Shown here: piece after piece, positions 1 to 9,607 of the stretch | Position numbering within the stretch: the first letter of the stretch is position 1 | How the letters are laid out: every line of letters begins with the position of its first letter | NCBI GenBank assembly: GCA_035709005.1 | Contig: DASTFB010000132.1 | Span: 33,737 to 97,736 of the forward strand | Direction of reading: 5' to 3' | Source of the DNA: Candidatus Methylomirabilota bacterium | GTDB taxonomy: Bacteria; Methylomirabilota; Methylomirabilia; Rokubacteriales; CSP1-6 | Length of the DNA: 64,000 nt | Translations under genes and position numbers: made by a program | Notes under the pieces: model-generated | What the model saw: only the letters and a program-made list of their open reading frames with translations | What the model was told of the DNA's origin: nothing | Databases searched by the model: none

Positions 1-412
1 CGGCCACGTCGTCGTTCGCGGCCCAGCCCTCGTAACGGATGGCGCACAGCACCGCGGCACGCATCGGCTCGCACATACGCGCCCACGGGATCGGCGGTCC
101 GGCGTGGAGGATCGTTCGGGGTGGCAGCCCGAGGGCCTCCCAGGCTGGACGACAGTCGACCAGCACCGGCTCGCCGTTGACCAGGCGCTCGAACGCCTCG
201 GCATTCGCCGGCTCGATGAGCTGCCGCCGCTCCTGCAGCCGGTCCAGCGCGGCGGCAAGCCTGGGCTCCGCGCCGGCCGGCGGCCGCCAGTCCAGATGAG
301 CCACGGCCACGCCGAGCCGCTCCAGCTCCGCGGCGAAGAGGGGCAGCCCCAGGCTGAGCACTCGCGGCTTGCCGGCGAGCAAGGATCGGTCCGGGCACAT
401 CTTCGGCCCCAT
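1..412 (-). CDS. YlbE-like DUF1116 family protein, N-terminal part (gene runs off the window start); carries an N-terminal segment resembling the C-terminus of E. coli FdrA
   Basis: Minus-strand frame open from the ATG at about 412 down to nt 1. The translation MGPKMCPDRS...TILHAGPPIPWARMCEPMRAAVLCAIRYEGWAANDD matches the conserved HAGPP..W...GPM core of YlbE (DUF1116). The first roughly 60 aa resemble the FdrA C-terminal tail. It is absent from the ORF track because no stop falls inside the window. Confidence 0.5.
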   Translation of the reverse strand, partial: MGPKMCPDRSLLAGKPRVLSLGLPLFAAELERLGVAVAHLDWRPPAGAEPRLAAALDRLQERRQLIEPANAEAFERLVNGEPVLVDCRPAWEALGLPPRTILHAGPPIPWARMCEPMRAAVLCAIRYEGWAANDDVA

Positions 413-438
413 ATTAGAATGCTTCCGGGGTTCGTGGC

Positions 439-1089
439 ATGGCGCGCATCTTCCTGCTCTCGCCGGCGAACTGCTCGGGCATCAGGGCTCGGATGGTGAT
501 GCGCGAGGCAGCGAGCTTCGATCTGGCCCGCAGGCTCCGTCAGGATGACGGAGCCTCGCTCGGCGAAGTGTTCAGCTTCCTGAGCGGGCTCTACTTCCGG
601 GGCAAGCTCGCCTACGCCCGGGCCTTCGCGGCGGCCCCCGATCCCACCTGTGCCCTCACGGGCGAGGGCGTGTTCGTCATCACGCCGGGGTCCGGGCTCT
701 ACCGACCGTCAGCGGCGGTCACCTTGCGGACGCTCCAGGCGTTCGCCCGCGTCGACGTGGATCCCGGCGACCCGCGCTTTCGGCGGCCCCTGGTGGCCGC
801 GGCCCGTCGGGTCCGCGAGCGGATCGGACCACACTGTGAGGTCGTGCTGCTGGGCAGCGTGGCCTCACCGAAGTACGTGGACGTCCTCGGGGCCGTGTTC
901 GGAGACCGGCTCCGGTTCCCGCTCGATTTCGTGGGGCGGGGCGACATGAGCCGCGGCGGCCGCATGCTCCGCTGCGTGGCCGCCGGGCGTGAGCTCGAGT
1001 ACGGTTCCGTGATCGGGGCCGTCGTTCACGGGCCGAGGCCGCCCCGACTGTCGCCGCTCGGGCGAGGCCCACGGGCGGCGTCGCCATGA
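439..1089 (+). CDS. Conserved hypothetical protein (216 aa), translationally coupled (ATGA) to the downstream Prim-Pol gene
   Basis: 216-aa ORF with a plausible composition. Its stop overlaps the start of the 1086..2081 gene. I recognise no family confidently; there is only a weak GRG..G..ML resemblance to YlbF/DUF2877. Confidence 0.45.
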   Translation: MARIFLLSPANCSGIRARMVMREAASFDLARRLRQDDGASLGEVFSFLSGLYFRGKLAYARAFAAAPDPTCALTGEGVFVITPGSGLYRPSAAVTLRTLQAFARVDVDPGDPRFRRPLVAAARRVRERIGPHCEVVLLGSVASPKYVDVLGAVFGDRLRFPLDFVGRGDMSRGGRMLRCVAAGRELEYGSVIGAVVHGPRPPRLSPLGRGPRAASP

Positions 1090-2081
1090 GCCGAGCGGCC
1101 ACGCGCGGCCATCATCCCGCGCGTCGCACGGGCGGGCCCCGCCGCCGGCGGGGTCCGGTCCCGCGGGTGACGATCCCGCGCGCCCGCGCCAGCGTCGTGC
1201 TCACGGTCGGGCAGCGTCAGGTCCAGCTCACCAACCTGGGCAAGCCGTTCTGGCCGCAGCTCGGGATCACCAAGGGCGACCTGCTGCAGTACTACGCGGA
1301 TGTCGCGCCGCTCCTACTGCCCCACGTGCGCGACCGGGCCATGGTCATGCGCCGCTATCCCGACGGCGCCCAGGGGCCCTCGTTCTTCATGAAGCGGGCG
1401 CCGGTGCCCCGGCCGGAGTGGATCGAGACGTGCAGCATCGCCCATGCCTCCGGCAACGTCATCGACTTCCCGCTCATCCAGGATCTGCCGGCGCTGCTCT
1501 GGGTCGTCAACCTGGGCTGCATCGATCTCAATCAGTGGTACGCCCGCTGCGACGACGTGGACCGACCGGACTGGCTGCACTTCGACCTCGACCCCGGCAC
1601 CGCCTCCTTCCCGCAGGTCATCGAGACCGCTCTGATCCTCCGCCAGGCGCTGGACTCGCTCCGGATGCCGAGCTACGTCAAGACCACGGGATCCAAGGGC
1701 CTGCACGTCTACGTGCCGATCGTCCGCGGGCCCCTGCAGAAGGAGGTGTGGGCGGTGGCCAAGGCGCTGGCCCTGGAGCTGGCCAGCCGCCACCCGATGC
1801 TCATGACCGCCGAGTATCGGGTGGCCCGGCGCCCGCCCGGTCGGGTGCTCGTGGATTACAACCAGAACGCCTGGGGGCGTACGCTGGCCTCCATCTACTC
1901 GGTACGACCGCACCCACGCGCCTGCGTGTCGACGCCCGTCACCTGGGACGAGCTCGCCGCGGGCGTCCGCACGGAGGATTTCCGCCTGGACAACGTGCGG
2001 CCGCGGCTGGCCCGACTCGGGGACCTCTGGGCCCCCCTGCTGGCCACCCGCGGCCGCTTCGATCTGCGGCGACTGGGCTGA
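1086..2081 (+). CDS. LigD-type polymerase/primase domain protein (stand-alone Prim-Pol, Prim-PolC-like)
   Basis: 331 aa with the motifs ...YADVAPLLLPHVRDRAMVMRRYPDG...SKGLHVYVPI...VDYNQN.., typical of the NHEJ/BER primase-polymerase domain of LigD. Confidence 0.85.
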   Translation: MSRAATRGHHPARRTGGPRRRRGPVPRVTIPRARASVVLTVGQRQVQLTNLGKPFWPQLGITKGDLLQYYADVAPLLLPHVRDRAMVMRRYPDGAQGPSFFMKRAPVPRPEWIETCSIAHASGNVIDFPLIQDLPALLWVVNLGCIDLNQWYARCDDVDRPDWLHFDLDPGTASFPQVIETALILRQALDSLRMPSYVKTTGSKGLHVYVPIVRGPLQKEVWAVAKALALELASRHPMLMTAEYRVARRPPGRVLVDYNQNAWGRTLASIYSVRPHPRACVSTPVTWDELAAGVRTEDFRLDNVRPRLARLGDLWAPLLATRGRFDLRRLG

Positions 2082-2151
2082 GGTTCACGCGGCAGCTTTG
2101 GGATCCATCCAGAAGAAGCCCAGATGAGGTCCTTGACCGCCAAGTTGACGA

Positions 2152-2388
2152 TCAGCTTGGTGGCCATGCTCGGGTGCCGGACGGCCCATTCGACACCCGG
2201 GTCCCCTTCCAGCGCAGCGTCTTGGCGGCTCGAGCGCTCTGCAGCGCCTCTCCCGCCACGAAGTGGCCGTTCTTCCTGAGCACGTCATCGTAGGCGAAAC
2301 ACTCCTGCATCATCGTGTCCTGCTCGGTTTTCGACATCGCCTCCCACTTCTTCTCATCCATGTATCCGAGACAGAGAAACTTCAACAT
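2152..2388 (-). CDS. YciI-like (DGPF-family) protein, apparently truncated; its C-terminal motifs lie in other frames
   Basis: Reading from the internal Met (MLKFLCLGYMDEKKWEAMSKTEQ...VAGEALQSARAAKTLRWK) this matches the YCII-related domain. The expected DGPF..QLGG..IEV C-terminal half is missing from this frame, and fragments like it (QLGG; DLIWAS..IP) appear in the other two frames between 2085 and 2200. Confidence 0.45.
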   Translation of the reverse strand: MLKFLCLGYMDEKKWEAMSKTEQDTMMQECFAYDDVLRKNGHFVAGEALQSARAAKTLRWKGTRVSNGPSGTRAWPPS

Positions 2389-2474
2389 TGCCTCCCTCGT
2401 GGGTGTCAGGCCGGCTGTCGGCCTCTCGTAGTCAGTCGAACGAGCAGCGTGAGAATCGACAGCGGGGCCCGGGC

Positions 2475-3638
2475 TCACGATCCGGCACGCGCCTCCGGGT
2501 ACGGCCGGCGGCGGTCGCGGGCGCCAAAGACCCGCTCCAGCTCGTAGGCCGGCGTGACCTCCAGCTGGTCGTAGAGGCACTCAGCAGGCCGCTTGTCGGG
2601 GCGCCAGCGCAGGAACTGCGTCGCATGCCGGAAGCGAGAACCCTGCATGTGATCGTAGGCCACCTCGCACACTCGTTCCGGCCGGAGCGGCTCCCAGCTC
2701 AGATCCTTGCCGCGATTCCAACGGCTAGCGGCGCCGGGCAGCCGCTGCCCCCCGGCGCTCACGTCCTCCTCGACCTCGGCCCAATGCCGCCAGGGATGGT
2801 TCTCCAGCGCGCGGTCGCGCAACGGCGCCAGCTCGGCGACGAGCCGGGTTCGCACCGCGTTGCTGAAGGCGGAAGCGACACCGACATGGTGCAGCGTGCC
2901 GGTCTCATCGTAGAGGCCGAGCAGCAGCGAGCCGACCATCGTGCCCGCTCCCTTCTTGTGCCAGCGAAAGCCGGCGACGACGCAGTCGGCGGTCCGCACA
3001 TGCTTCACCTTGATCATCGTGCGCTCGCCGGCCCGATAGGGCGCCTCCAGGCGCTTGGCCATGACGCCGTCCAGCCCGGCGCCCTCGAAACGACGAAACC
3101 AGTCCTCGGCCAGGGCCCGATCCCGCGTGGCTGGCGACAGGTGCACCGGCGGCGGCGCGCCGGCCAGGACTTGCTCCAGCCGGTGGCGCCGCACGGCCAG
3201 CGGCACCTGGCGCAAATCCTCGTCGTCCAGGGCGAGAAGGTCCCAGGCTACGAACGACGCGGGGGACTGCGCGGCCAGCAGCTTCACCCGGGAAGCGGCC
3301 GGATGGATGCGCAACAGCAGGGCCGCGAAATCGAGGCCCCCGCTGCCGACGATGACGATCTCGCCGTCGACCACGCAGCGCTGGGGCAGCGCGGCGGCCA
3401 GCGGAGCCACCAGCTCGGGGAAGTATCGATTCATGGGCTTCTCGTCACGGCTCTGCAGCAGGACCTCGTCGCCGTCCCGGAACACCAGCGTTCGAAAGCC
3501 GTCCCATTTGGGCTCGAACTGCCACCCGGCGCCGCCGGGCAAGGCGTCGGCGGCTTTCGACAACATCGGCGCGATGGGTGGCGCGAAGGGCAGTCGGGCG
3601 AACTCCCCGCCGTGGTCGCGGGCCGACGGCGTCGTCAT
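2475..3638 (-). CDS. ligC: ATP-dependent DNA ligase, stand-alone ligase plus OB domain (LigC-like)
   Basis: 387 aa from the internal Met MTTPSARDHGG.. The adenylation motif I, KWDGFR, is present in ...QFEPKWDGFRTLVF... The ATG at 3638 overlaps the TGA of the upstream sigma gene. Confidence 0.85.
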   Translation of the reverse strand: MTTPSARDHGGEFARLPFAPPIAPMLSKAADALPGGAGWQFEPKWDGFRTLVFRDGDEVLLQSRDEKPMNRYFPELVAPLAAALPQRCVVDGEIVIVGSGGLDFAALLLRIHPAASRVKLLAAQSPASFVAWDLLALDDEDLRQVPLAVRRHRLEQVLAGAPPPVHLSPATRDRALAEDWFRRFEGAGLDGVMAKRLEAPYRAGERTMIKVKHVRTADCVVAGFRWHKKGAGTMVGSLLLGLYDETGTLHHVGVASAFSNAVRTRLVAELAPLRDRALENHPWRHWAEVEEDVSAGGQRLPGAASRWNRGKDLSWEPLRPERVCEVAYDHMQGSRFRHATQFLRWRPDKRPAECLYDQLEVTPAYELERVFGARDRRRPYPEARAGS

Positions 3639-4885
3639 CCGGGCAACTCGGCCAGCCGTCGCTCGAGAAACCTCCGCTGCGGTTCCTGCCGCGTGAGGCT
3701 GAGGGCCCGGGCGTAGGAGGCTCGGGCCTCGGCCGTCCGGCCCAGTCGTCGGCACAGCTCGGCCCGCGCGGAGTGGGCCAGGGCATAGTTGTCGAGATTG
3801 CCCCGGGCGAGGATCGCCTCGATGAGGGCCAGTCCGGCCAGGGGGCCGTCGCGCATGGCCACGGCCGCGGCGCGGTTCAGCTCGACCACTGGCGAGGGAT
3901 CCACGCGGACCAGAACGTCGTAGAGGCTGACGATCTGTGACCAGTCCGTCGCGGCCGCGGTGGGCGCCTCGGCGTGTACCGCTGCGATCGCCGCCTGCAG
4001 CGTGTACGGGCCGAACCGGCGCGAGGCGAGTGCGCGCTCCAACAGCGTCAGTCCCTCGGCGATCTGATGGCGATTCCAGCGCGAACGGTCCTGCTCGTCG
4101 AGGAGGACCAGCTCGCCGGTCGGCGACGTGCGCGCGGCGCGTCGCGATTCGTGCAACAGCATCAGGGCCAGCAGTCCCTCGGCTTCCGGCTCCGGCAGCA
4201 GCGCGACCAGCAGGCGCCCCAGACGGATCGCCTCGGCCGAGAGGTCGGGCCGCGTCAGCGAGGAGCCCGACGAAGCGGAATATCCTTCGTTGAAGACCAG
4301 GTAGATGACGTGCAGTACGATGTCCAGCCGCTCGGGCAGCTCGGCGCGGGACGGCACCTGGTAGGGAATACGCGCCTCCCGGATCTTCGTCTTGGCGCGC
4401 ACCACTCGCTGGGCCACCGTGGGCGCGGCACTGAGGAAGGCGCGCGCGATCTCCTCGGTGGTGAGGCCGCAGACTTCGCGCAGGGTCAGCGCCACCTGGG
4501 CATCGGCCGGCAGGGCGGGATGGCAGCACGTGAAGATCAAGCGCAGCCGGTCATCTTCGAGTGTCTCGTCGTCGCGGCTGGTGGCGTCCGCGGCCTGGGC
4601 GTCGAGCCGTTCGGCGAGCTCGGCCAGCGAGGCGTCGAACCGGACGCGTCGGCGCATGCCGTCGATGGCCTTGAACCGGCCGGCCGACACCAGCCAGGCC
4701 CGGGGATTGGCCGGCAGGCCGTCGCGCGGCCATTGTGCCACCGCCGCGGCGAAGGCGTCGTGCAGCGCCTCCTCGGCGAGGTCGAAATCCCCGAGCACCC
4801 GGATGAGGGTCGCCAGCACGCGGCGAGACTCGGAACGGTAGAGGCTCTCCACCACTTCGCGCGTCTGATCCGACGTCTGCTCTGT
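3635..4885 (-). CDS. ECF sigma factor with a long TPR-like C-terminal extension (about 416 aa; ECF42-like architecture)
   Basis: The sigma-2 region (VVESLYRSESRRVLATLIRVLGDFDLAEEALHDAF..) and sigma-4 region (ALTLREVCGLTTEEIARAFL..RVVRAKTKIR) are followed by a roughly 230-aa extension. The probable start is a TTG at about 4885 (MTEQTSDQ...) preceded by GGAGAG; the ORF track extends to a GTG at 4948. Confidence 0.8.
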   Translation of the reverse strand, partial: TEQTSDQTREVVESLYRSESRRVLATLIRVLGDFDLAEEALHDAFAAAVAQWPRDGLPANPRAWLVSAGRFKAIDGMRRRVRFDASLAELAERLDAQAADATSRDDETLEDDRLRLIFTCCHPALPADAQVALTLREVCGLTTEEIARAFLSAAPTVAQRVVRAKTKIREARIPYQVPSRAELPERLDIVLHVIYLVFNEGYSASSGSSLTRPDLSAEAIRLGRLLVALLPEPEAEGLLALMLLHESRRAARTSPTGELVLLDEQDRSRWNRHQIAEGLTLLERALASRRFGPYTLQAAIAAVHAEAPTAAATDWSQIVSLYDVLVRVDPSPVVELNRAAAVAMRDGPLAGLALIEAILARGNLDNYALAHSARAELCRRLGRTAEARASYARALSLTRQEPQRRFLERRLAELPG

Positions 4886-5216
4886 CAACGCGCGCGCTCT
4901 CCAGGCCAGGACCGCCGGCGCTCCATGATGGGCCGCACCTCGACACACCCCGGGAGCCGGGGCGGGATCCCGGAGGCCACCCGGGCCTCGAGGTGGCTCG
5001 GGGGCCAGGCGTCCAGGCTCATGGGTGCTCCGCGTCGTGGACGAACAGCTCGGGACGCGAGATAGTCGCGGGAAGAGCCGGAATCGACAAGGATGTCGAT
5101 TTGGGCCCGGACCGGTCGACTAGACCGTAGAGCGATGACGACCGTGGGGCGGGCCGCGCCAGTCGTGCCGACAACGGCCGGCCCCGGCTGGCATCAGGCT
5201 CGGGAAGGAGCAGGAC

Positions 5217-6332
5217 ATGAGCGGAGTACGGGTTCTGGTCGGTACGCGCAAGGGTGCGTTCGTCCTCACGTCCGACGCCAAGCGCACACGGTGGGACGTC
5301 AGCGGTCCTCACTTCGGGGGATGGGAGCTCTATCACCTCAAAGGTTCTCCCGCTGACCCGAATCGCCTTTATGCCTCGCAGTCGAGCGGCTGGTTCGGGC
5401 AGCTGATCCAACGCTCCAACGACGGCGGCAAGACGTGGGAGCCGGTCGGTAACAAGTTCGTCTACGAAGGCGTTCCCGGCACTCATCAGTGGTACGACGG
5501 CTCGCCCCACCCCTGGGCATTCGCCCGGGTCTGGCACCTCGAACCCTCCCTGTCCGATCCGGATACAGTCTACGCCGGGGTCGAAGACGCCGCCTTGTTC
5601 CGATCGGTCGACGGCGGGCAAACCTGGCAAGAGCTTCCCGGCCTCCGGCGCCACAGCTCCGCGTCCACCTGGCAGCCGGGCGCGGGCGGAATGTGTCTGC
5701 ACACGATCCTGCTGGATCCCCAGGCCCCCGGCCGGATCTTCGTCGCCATCTCGGCGGCGGGCGTGTTCCGCACCGACGACGCCGGCGAGACGTGGCGGCC
5801 GATCAACCGGGGCTTGCATTCGGAAGGCATCCCCGACCCGAACGCGGAGGTGGGCCACTGCGTTCACCGCATCACGATGCACCGATCGCGTCCGGGCGTG
5901 CTGTTCATGCAGAAGCACTGGGACGTCATGCGCAGTGACGACGCGGGCACTTCTTGGCACGACGTCGGCGAGAACTTGCCCAGTGATTTCGGCTTCCCCA
6001 TCGAGGTGCACGCACACGAGCCGGACACCATCTACGTCGTTCCGATCAAGAGTGACTCGGAGCACTATCCGCCCGACGGAAAGCTCCGCGTCTATCGCAG
6101 CCGGACGGGCGGGCACGAGTGGGAGGCGCTCACGACGGGCCTGCCCCAACGCGACTGCTACGTCAACGTGCTCCGCGACGCGATGGCCGTCGACGCGCTG
6201 GACCCGTGTGGCGTGTACTTCGGGACCACCGGCGGGCAGGTCTATGCCTCCGCCGATGCCGGCGACCACTGGGCTCCCGTCGTCCGCGACCTGCCGGCGG
6301 TGGTGTCCGTGGAAGCCCAGACCCTGCCATGA
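5217..6332 (+). CDS. BNR/Asp-box repeat beta-propeller protein (sialidase-like fold, function unknown)
   Basis: 371 aa with at least six S-x-D-x-G-x-T-W Asp-box repeats ([48 protein letters not shown]). A GGAAGGAG RBS lies 6 nt upstream. Confidence 0.8.
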   Translation: MSGVRVLVGTRKGAFVLTSDAKRTRWDVSGPHFGGWELYHLKGSPADPNRLYASQSSGWFGQLIQRSNDGGKTWEPVGNKFVYEGVPGTHQWYDGSPHPWAFARVWHLEPSLSDPDTVYAGVEDAALFRSVDGGQTWQELPGLRRHSSASTWQPGAGGMCLHTILLDPQAPGRIFVAISAAGVFRTDDAGETWRPINRGLHSEGIPDPNAEVGHCVHRITMHRSRPGVLFMQKHWDVMRSDDAGTSWHDVGENLPSDFGFPIEVHAHEPDTIYVVPIKSDSEHYPPDGKLRVYRSRTGGHEWEALTTGLPQRDCYVNVLRDAMAVDALDPCGVYFGTTGGQVYASADAGDHWAPVVRDLPAVVSVEAQTLP

Positions 6333-6625
6333 TCCGGGTCGTGCTCCCGGCCCACTTGCGAGCTCTCGCTCGCGTCGACGGTGAGGTGCACCTGGACGTG
6401 GGCGGGCGGGCCACGCAGCGCTCGGTGCTCGATGCGCTCGAGGCCCGCTATCCGACGCTGCGGGGGACGATCCGCGACCACGCCACCCAGCAGCGCCGGG
6501 CGCTGGTGAGGATCTTCGCTTGCCAGGAGGACCTGTCTCACGAGTCGCCGGACGCCCCGCTGCCCGAGCCGGTCGTCGCCGGCGCCGAGCCCTTGCTGAT
6601 CGTCGGCGCCATGGCCGGCGGGTAG
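6329..6625 (+). CDS. MoaD/ThiS-family ubiquitin-like sulfur-carrier-type protein ending in Gly-Gly
   Basis: 98 aa ([24 protein letters not shown]...LIVGAMAGG). Its ATG overlaps the TGA of the BNR gene. It has the beta-grasp-like pattern and a C-terminal GG. Confidence 0.7.
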   Translation: MIRVVLPAHLRALARVDGEVHLDVGGRATQRSVLDALEARYPTLRGTIRDHATQQRRALVRIFACQEDLSHESPDAPLPEPVVAGAEPLLIVGAMAGG

Positions 6626-6671
6626 GCGCCGGCGTCGGCCGCGTCCCGCGAGTGCTTGCCGGCCCCGCTGG

Positions 6672-8183
6672 TCAGCCGCTGACGGCGCGGGCGATCCGCG
6701 CGGCCAGCCGGGCGGCCTGGGCGTTCGACGGCATGACGATGACGCCGTGGGCGGTGAGCGTGGCCACCTGGGCCTGCCGTCCCTGGGGGTCGCCGTCAGT
6801 GCCCACGACGCAGGCGACGATGGCCAGCCCGCGCTGCCGCGCACGCGCGTCGGTGCGCGCCCGCTCGAGCGCGGGGACCAGCTCGCCGGCGGGATCAGGG
6901 TGGGCTCCGTAACCCAGGATGACGTCCAGCAACAGGATGGCCGTGGCCGGATCGGCGGCCTCCCGGACGATCCACTCCCGGCGAACGCTCCCGTCGATCA
7001 TCGGGTGAGGCCGACCCACGGTGAACATGTCCTCGCCGAGGTCGACGACGCGGTGAGCGCCGGCGCCCGACGTCACGTCGGGAGCGACGTCGGGCAGCAC
7101 CGCTGCCAGAATGGCCCGCGCCTCCCAGGCCAGCGTGCCTCCCGCAAAGACGCCGCTGATGCAGCGTTGCCCCGGCGCCAGCCCGCGCGCGGCCTCGGCC
7201 ACGAGCCGCTCCACCTCGCCGGCGGGCATGGTGAATTCCGTCGCGATCGGACGCTCCTTCCTGGCCTGGGCCACCGCGGCCCGCGCGCAGTCCTCGAGAG
7301 AACCCGATCCCGAGCCGACGAAGTGCGCGACGCAAGGCTTGCCGAGCCGTCCGATCTCCGACGCCAGCCGGGCCGCCACAGCCTTTCCGGGTGGCTTGCC
7401 GATCACGCACAGGACTTCGGTAGCCTCGTCCTCGGCGAGCACGACGAGCGCCCGCGACATCATGAGTCCACCGACCGCATCCGTCAGATCGCGCCCGCCT
7501 ACGCCGATGCCGTGCGAGATGCCTTCGCCGTAGCGGGCGACGAGCGTGCTCACCTCTTGCAACCCCGTCCCCGAAGCCGCGGCGATGCCGATCCGACCGC
7601 GGGGCACGGCATTGGCGAATCCTAGCGGCACGCCGTTGAGCAGCGCCGTCCCGCAGTCGGGGCCCATGAGAAACAGCCCCTGACCGAGGGCCAGACGCTT
7701 GAGCTCGAGCTCGGCCTCGACGGGAACGTTGTCGCTGAAGAGCATGACGTGCAGTCCCATATGCAGTGCCTTGCGAGCCTCCGCTGCTGCGTAGAGCCCG
7801 GGGACGGAGATGAGCGCGAGGCTGGCATCGGGAAGGGTGCGGATCGCCGACGTCAGCGTGCGGGCGCGGCGGTCCGGGGCGCCCGACAAGCCCCCCCGCG
7901 CTCGCGGTGGGCCAGTCAGCAGCGCGGTCCGGGCCGCCGCTTCAGCGCCGCTGGCCGCCGCCTCGTCGGCCGCCGCGACCGCGATGAGCAGATCGGCGGG
8001 CGCCGTGTCCGGGGCGTCCGGAGGCAGGAGGCCGGCGTCGGCAAGCAGGGCGCGGTTCTGCGGCGTGCCCATCATGGCGGCCGCCCGCTCGACGCCGGGA
8101 ACGGCCTCCATGTCGCGAGTGAGCCGCATGAGGGTCACCGAGTCGTGATACGCGCTCCGCCAGACGAAGTTCCAGACGGGCAT
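6672..8183 (-). CDS. fdrA: FdrA-family protein (succinyl-CoA-synthetase-alpha-like; oxamate carbamoyltransferase subunit homolog)
   Basis: 503 aa with strong similarity to E. coli FdrA throughout (SVTLMRLTRDME..VMMGTPQNRALL, LALISVPGLYAA, MGPDCGTALLNGVPLGFANAVPRGRIGIAAASGTGLQE). It lacks the last roughly 50 aa of E. coli FdrA. Confidence 0.85.
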   Translation of the reverse strand: MPVWNFVWRSAYHDSVTLMRLTRDMEAVPGVERAAAMMGTPQNRALLADAGLLPPDAPDTAPADLLIAVAAADEAAASGAEAAARTALLTGPPRARGGLSGAPDRRARTLTSAIRTLPDASLALISVPGLYAAAEARKALHMGLHVMLFSDNVPVEAELELKRLALGQGLFLMGPDCGTALLNGVPLGFANAVPRGRIGIAAASGTGLQEVSTLVARYGEGISHGIGVGGRDLTDAVGGLMMSRALVVLAEDEATEVLCVIGKPPGKAVAARLASEIGRLGKPCVAHFVGSGSGSLEDCARAAVAQARKERPIATEFTMPAGEVERLVAEAARGLAPGQRCISGVFAGGTLAWEARAILAAVLPDVAPDVTSGAGAHRVVDLGEDMFTVGRPHPMIDGSVRREWIVREAADPATAILLLDVILGYGAHPDPAGELVPALERARTDARARQRGLAIVACVVGTDGDPQGRQAQVATLTAHGVIVMPSNAQAARLAARIARAVSG

Positions 8184-8239
8184 CGCTCAGCCACCGCGCG
8201 AAGGATCGAGCCCCGCCAGCGCCCTGAACGCTGCCCGCC

Positions 8240-9598
<1,359 letters not shown>

Positions 9599-9607
9599 TG
9601 TCGCTCG

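Noticed and set aside
425-445. Sigma-54-like TGGCAT-N5-GCAT overlapping the ATG at 439
   Set aside because: The -12 element deviates from the consensus, and the motif contains the start codon itself. It is more likely a chance match.
5019-6269. 416-aa minus-strand ORF antisense to the BNR propeller gene
   Set aside because: It lies wholly inside a well-supported plus-strand gene. Its Arg/Pro/Gly-rich composition is typical of the shadow frame of a high-GC gene.
8184-8239. Short imperfect hairpin (CCCGCC..GGCGGG) between ntrX and fdrA as a terminator
   Set aside because: Stem of only about 6 bp, with no U-tract. It is not distinguishable from background GC-rich palindromes.
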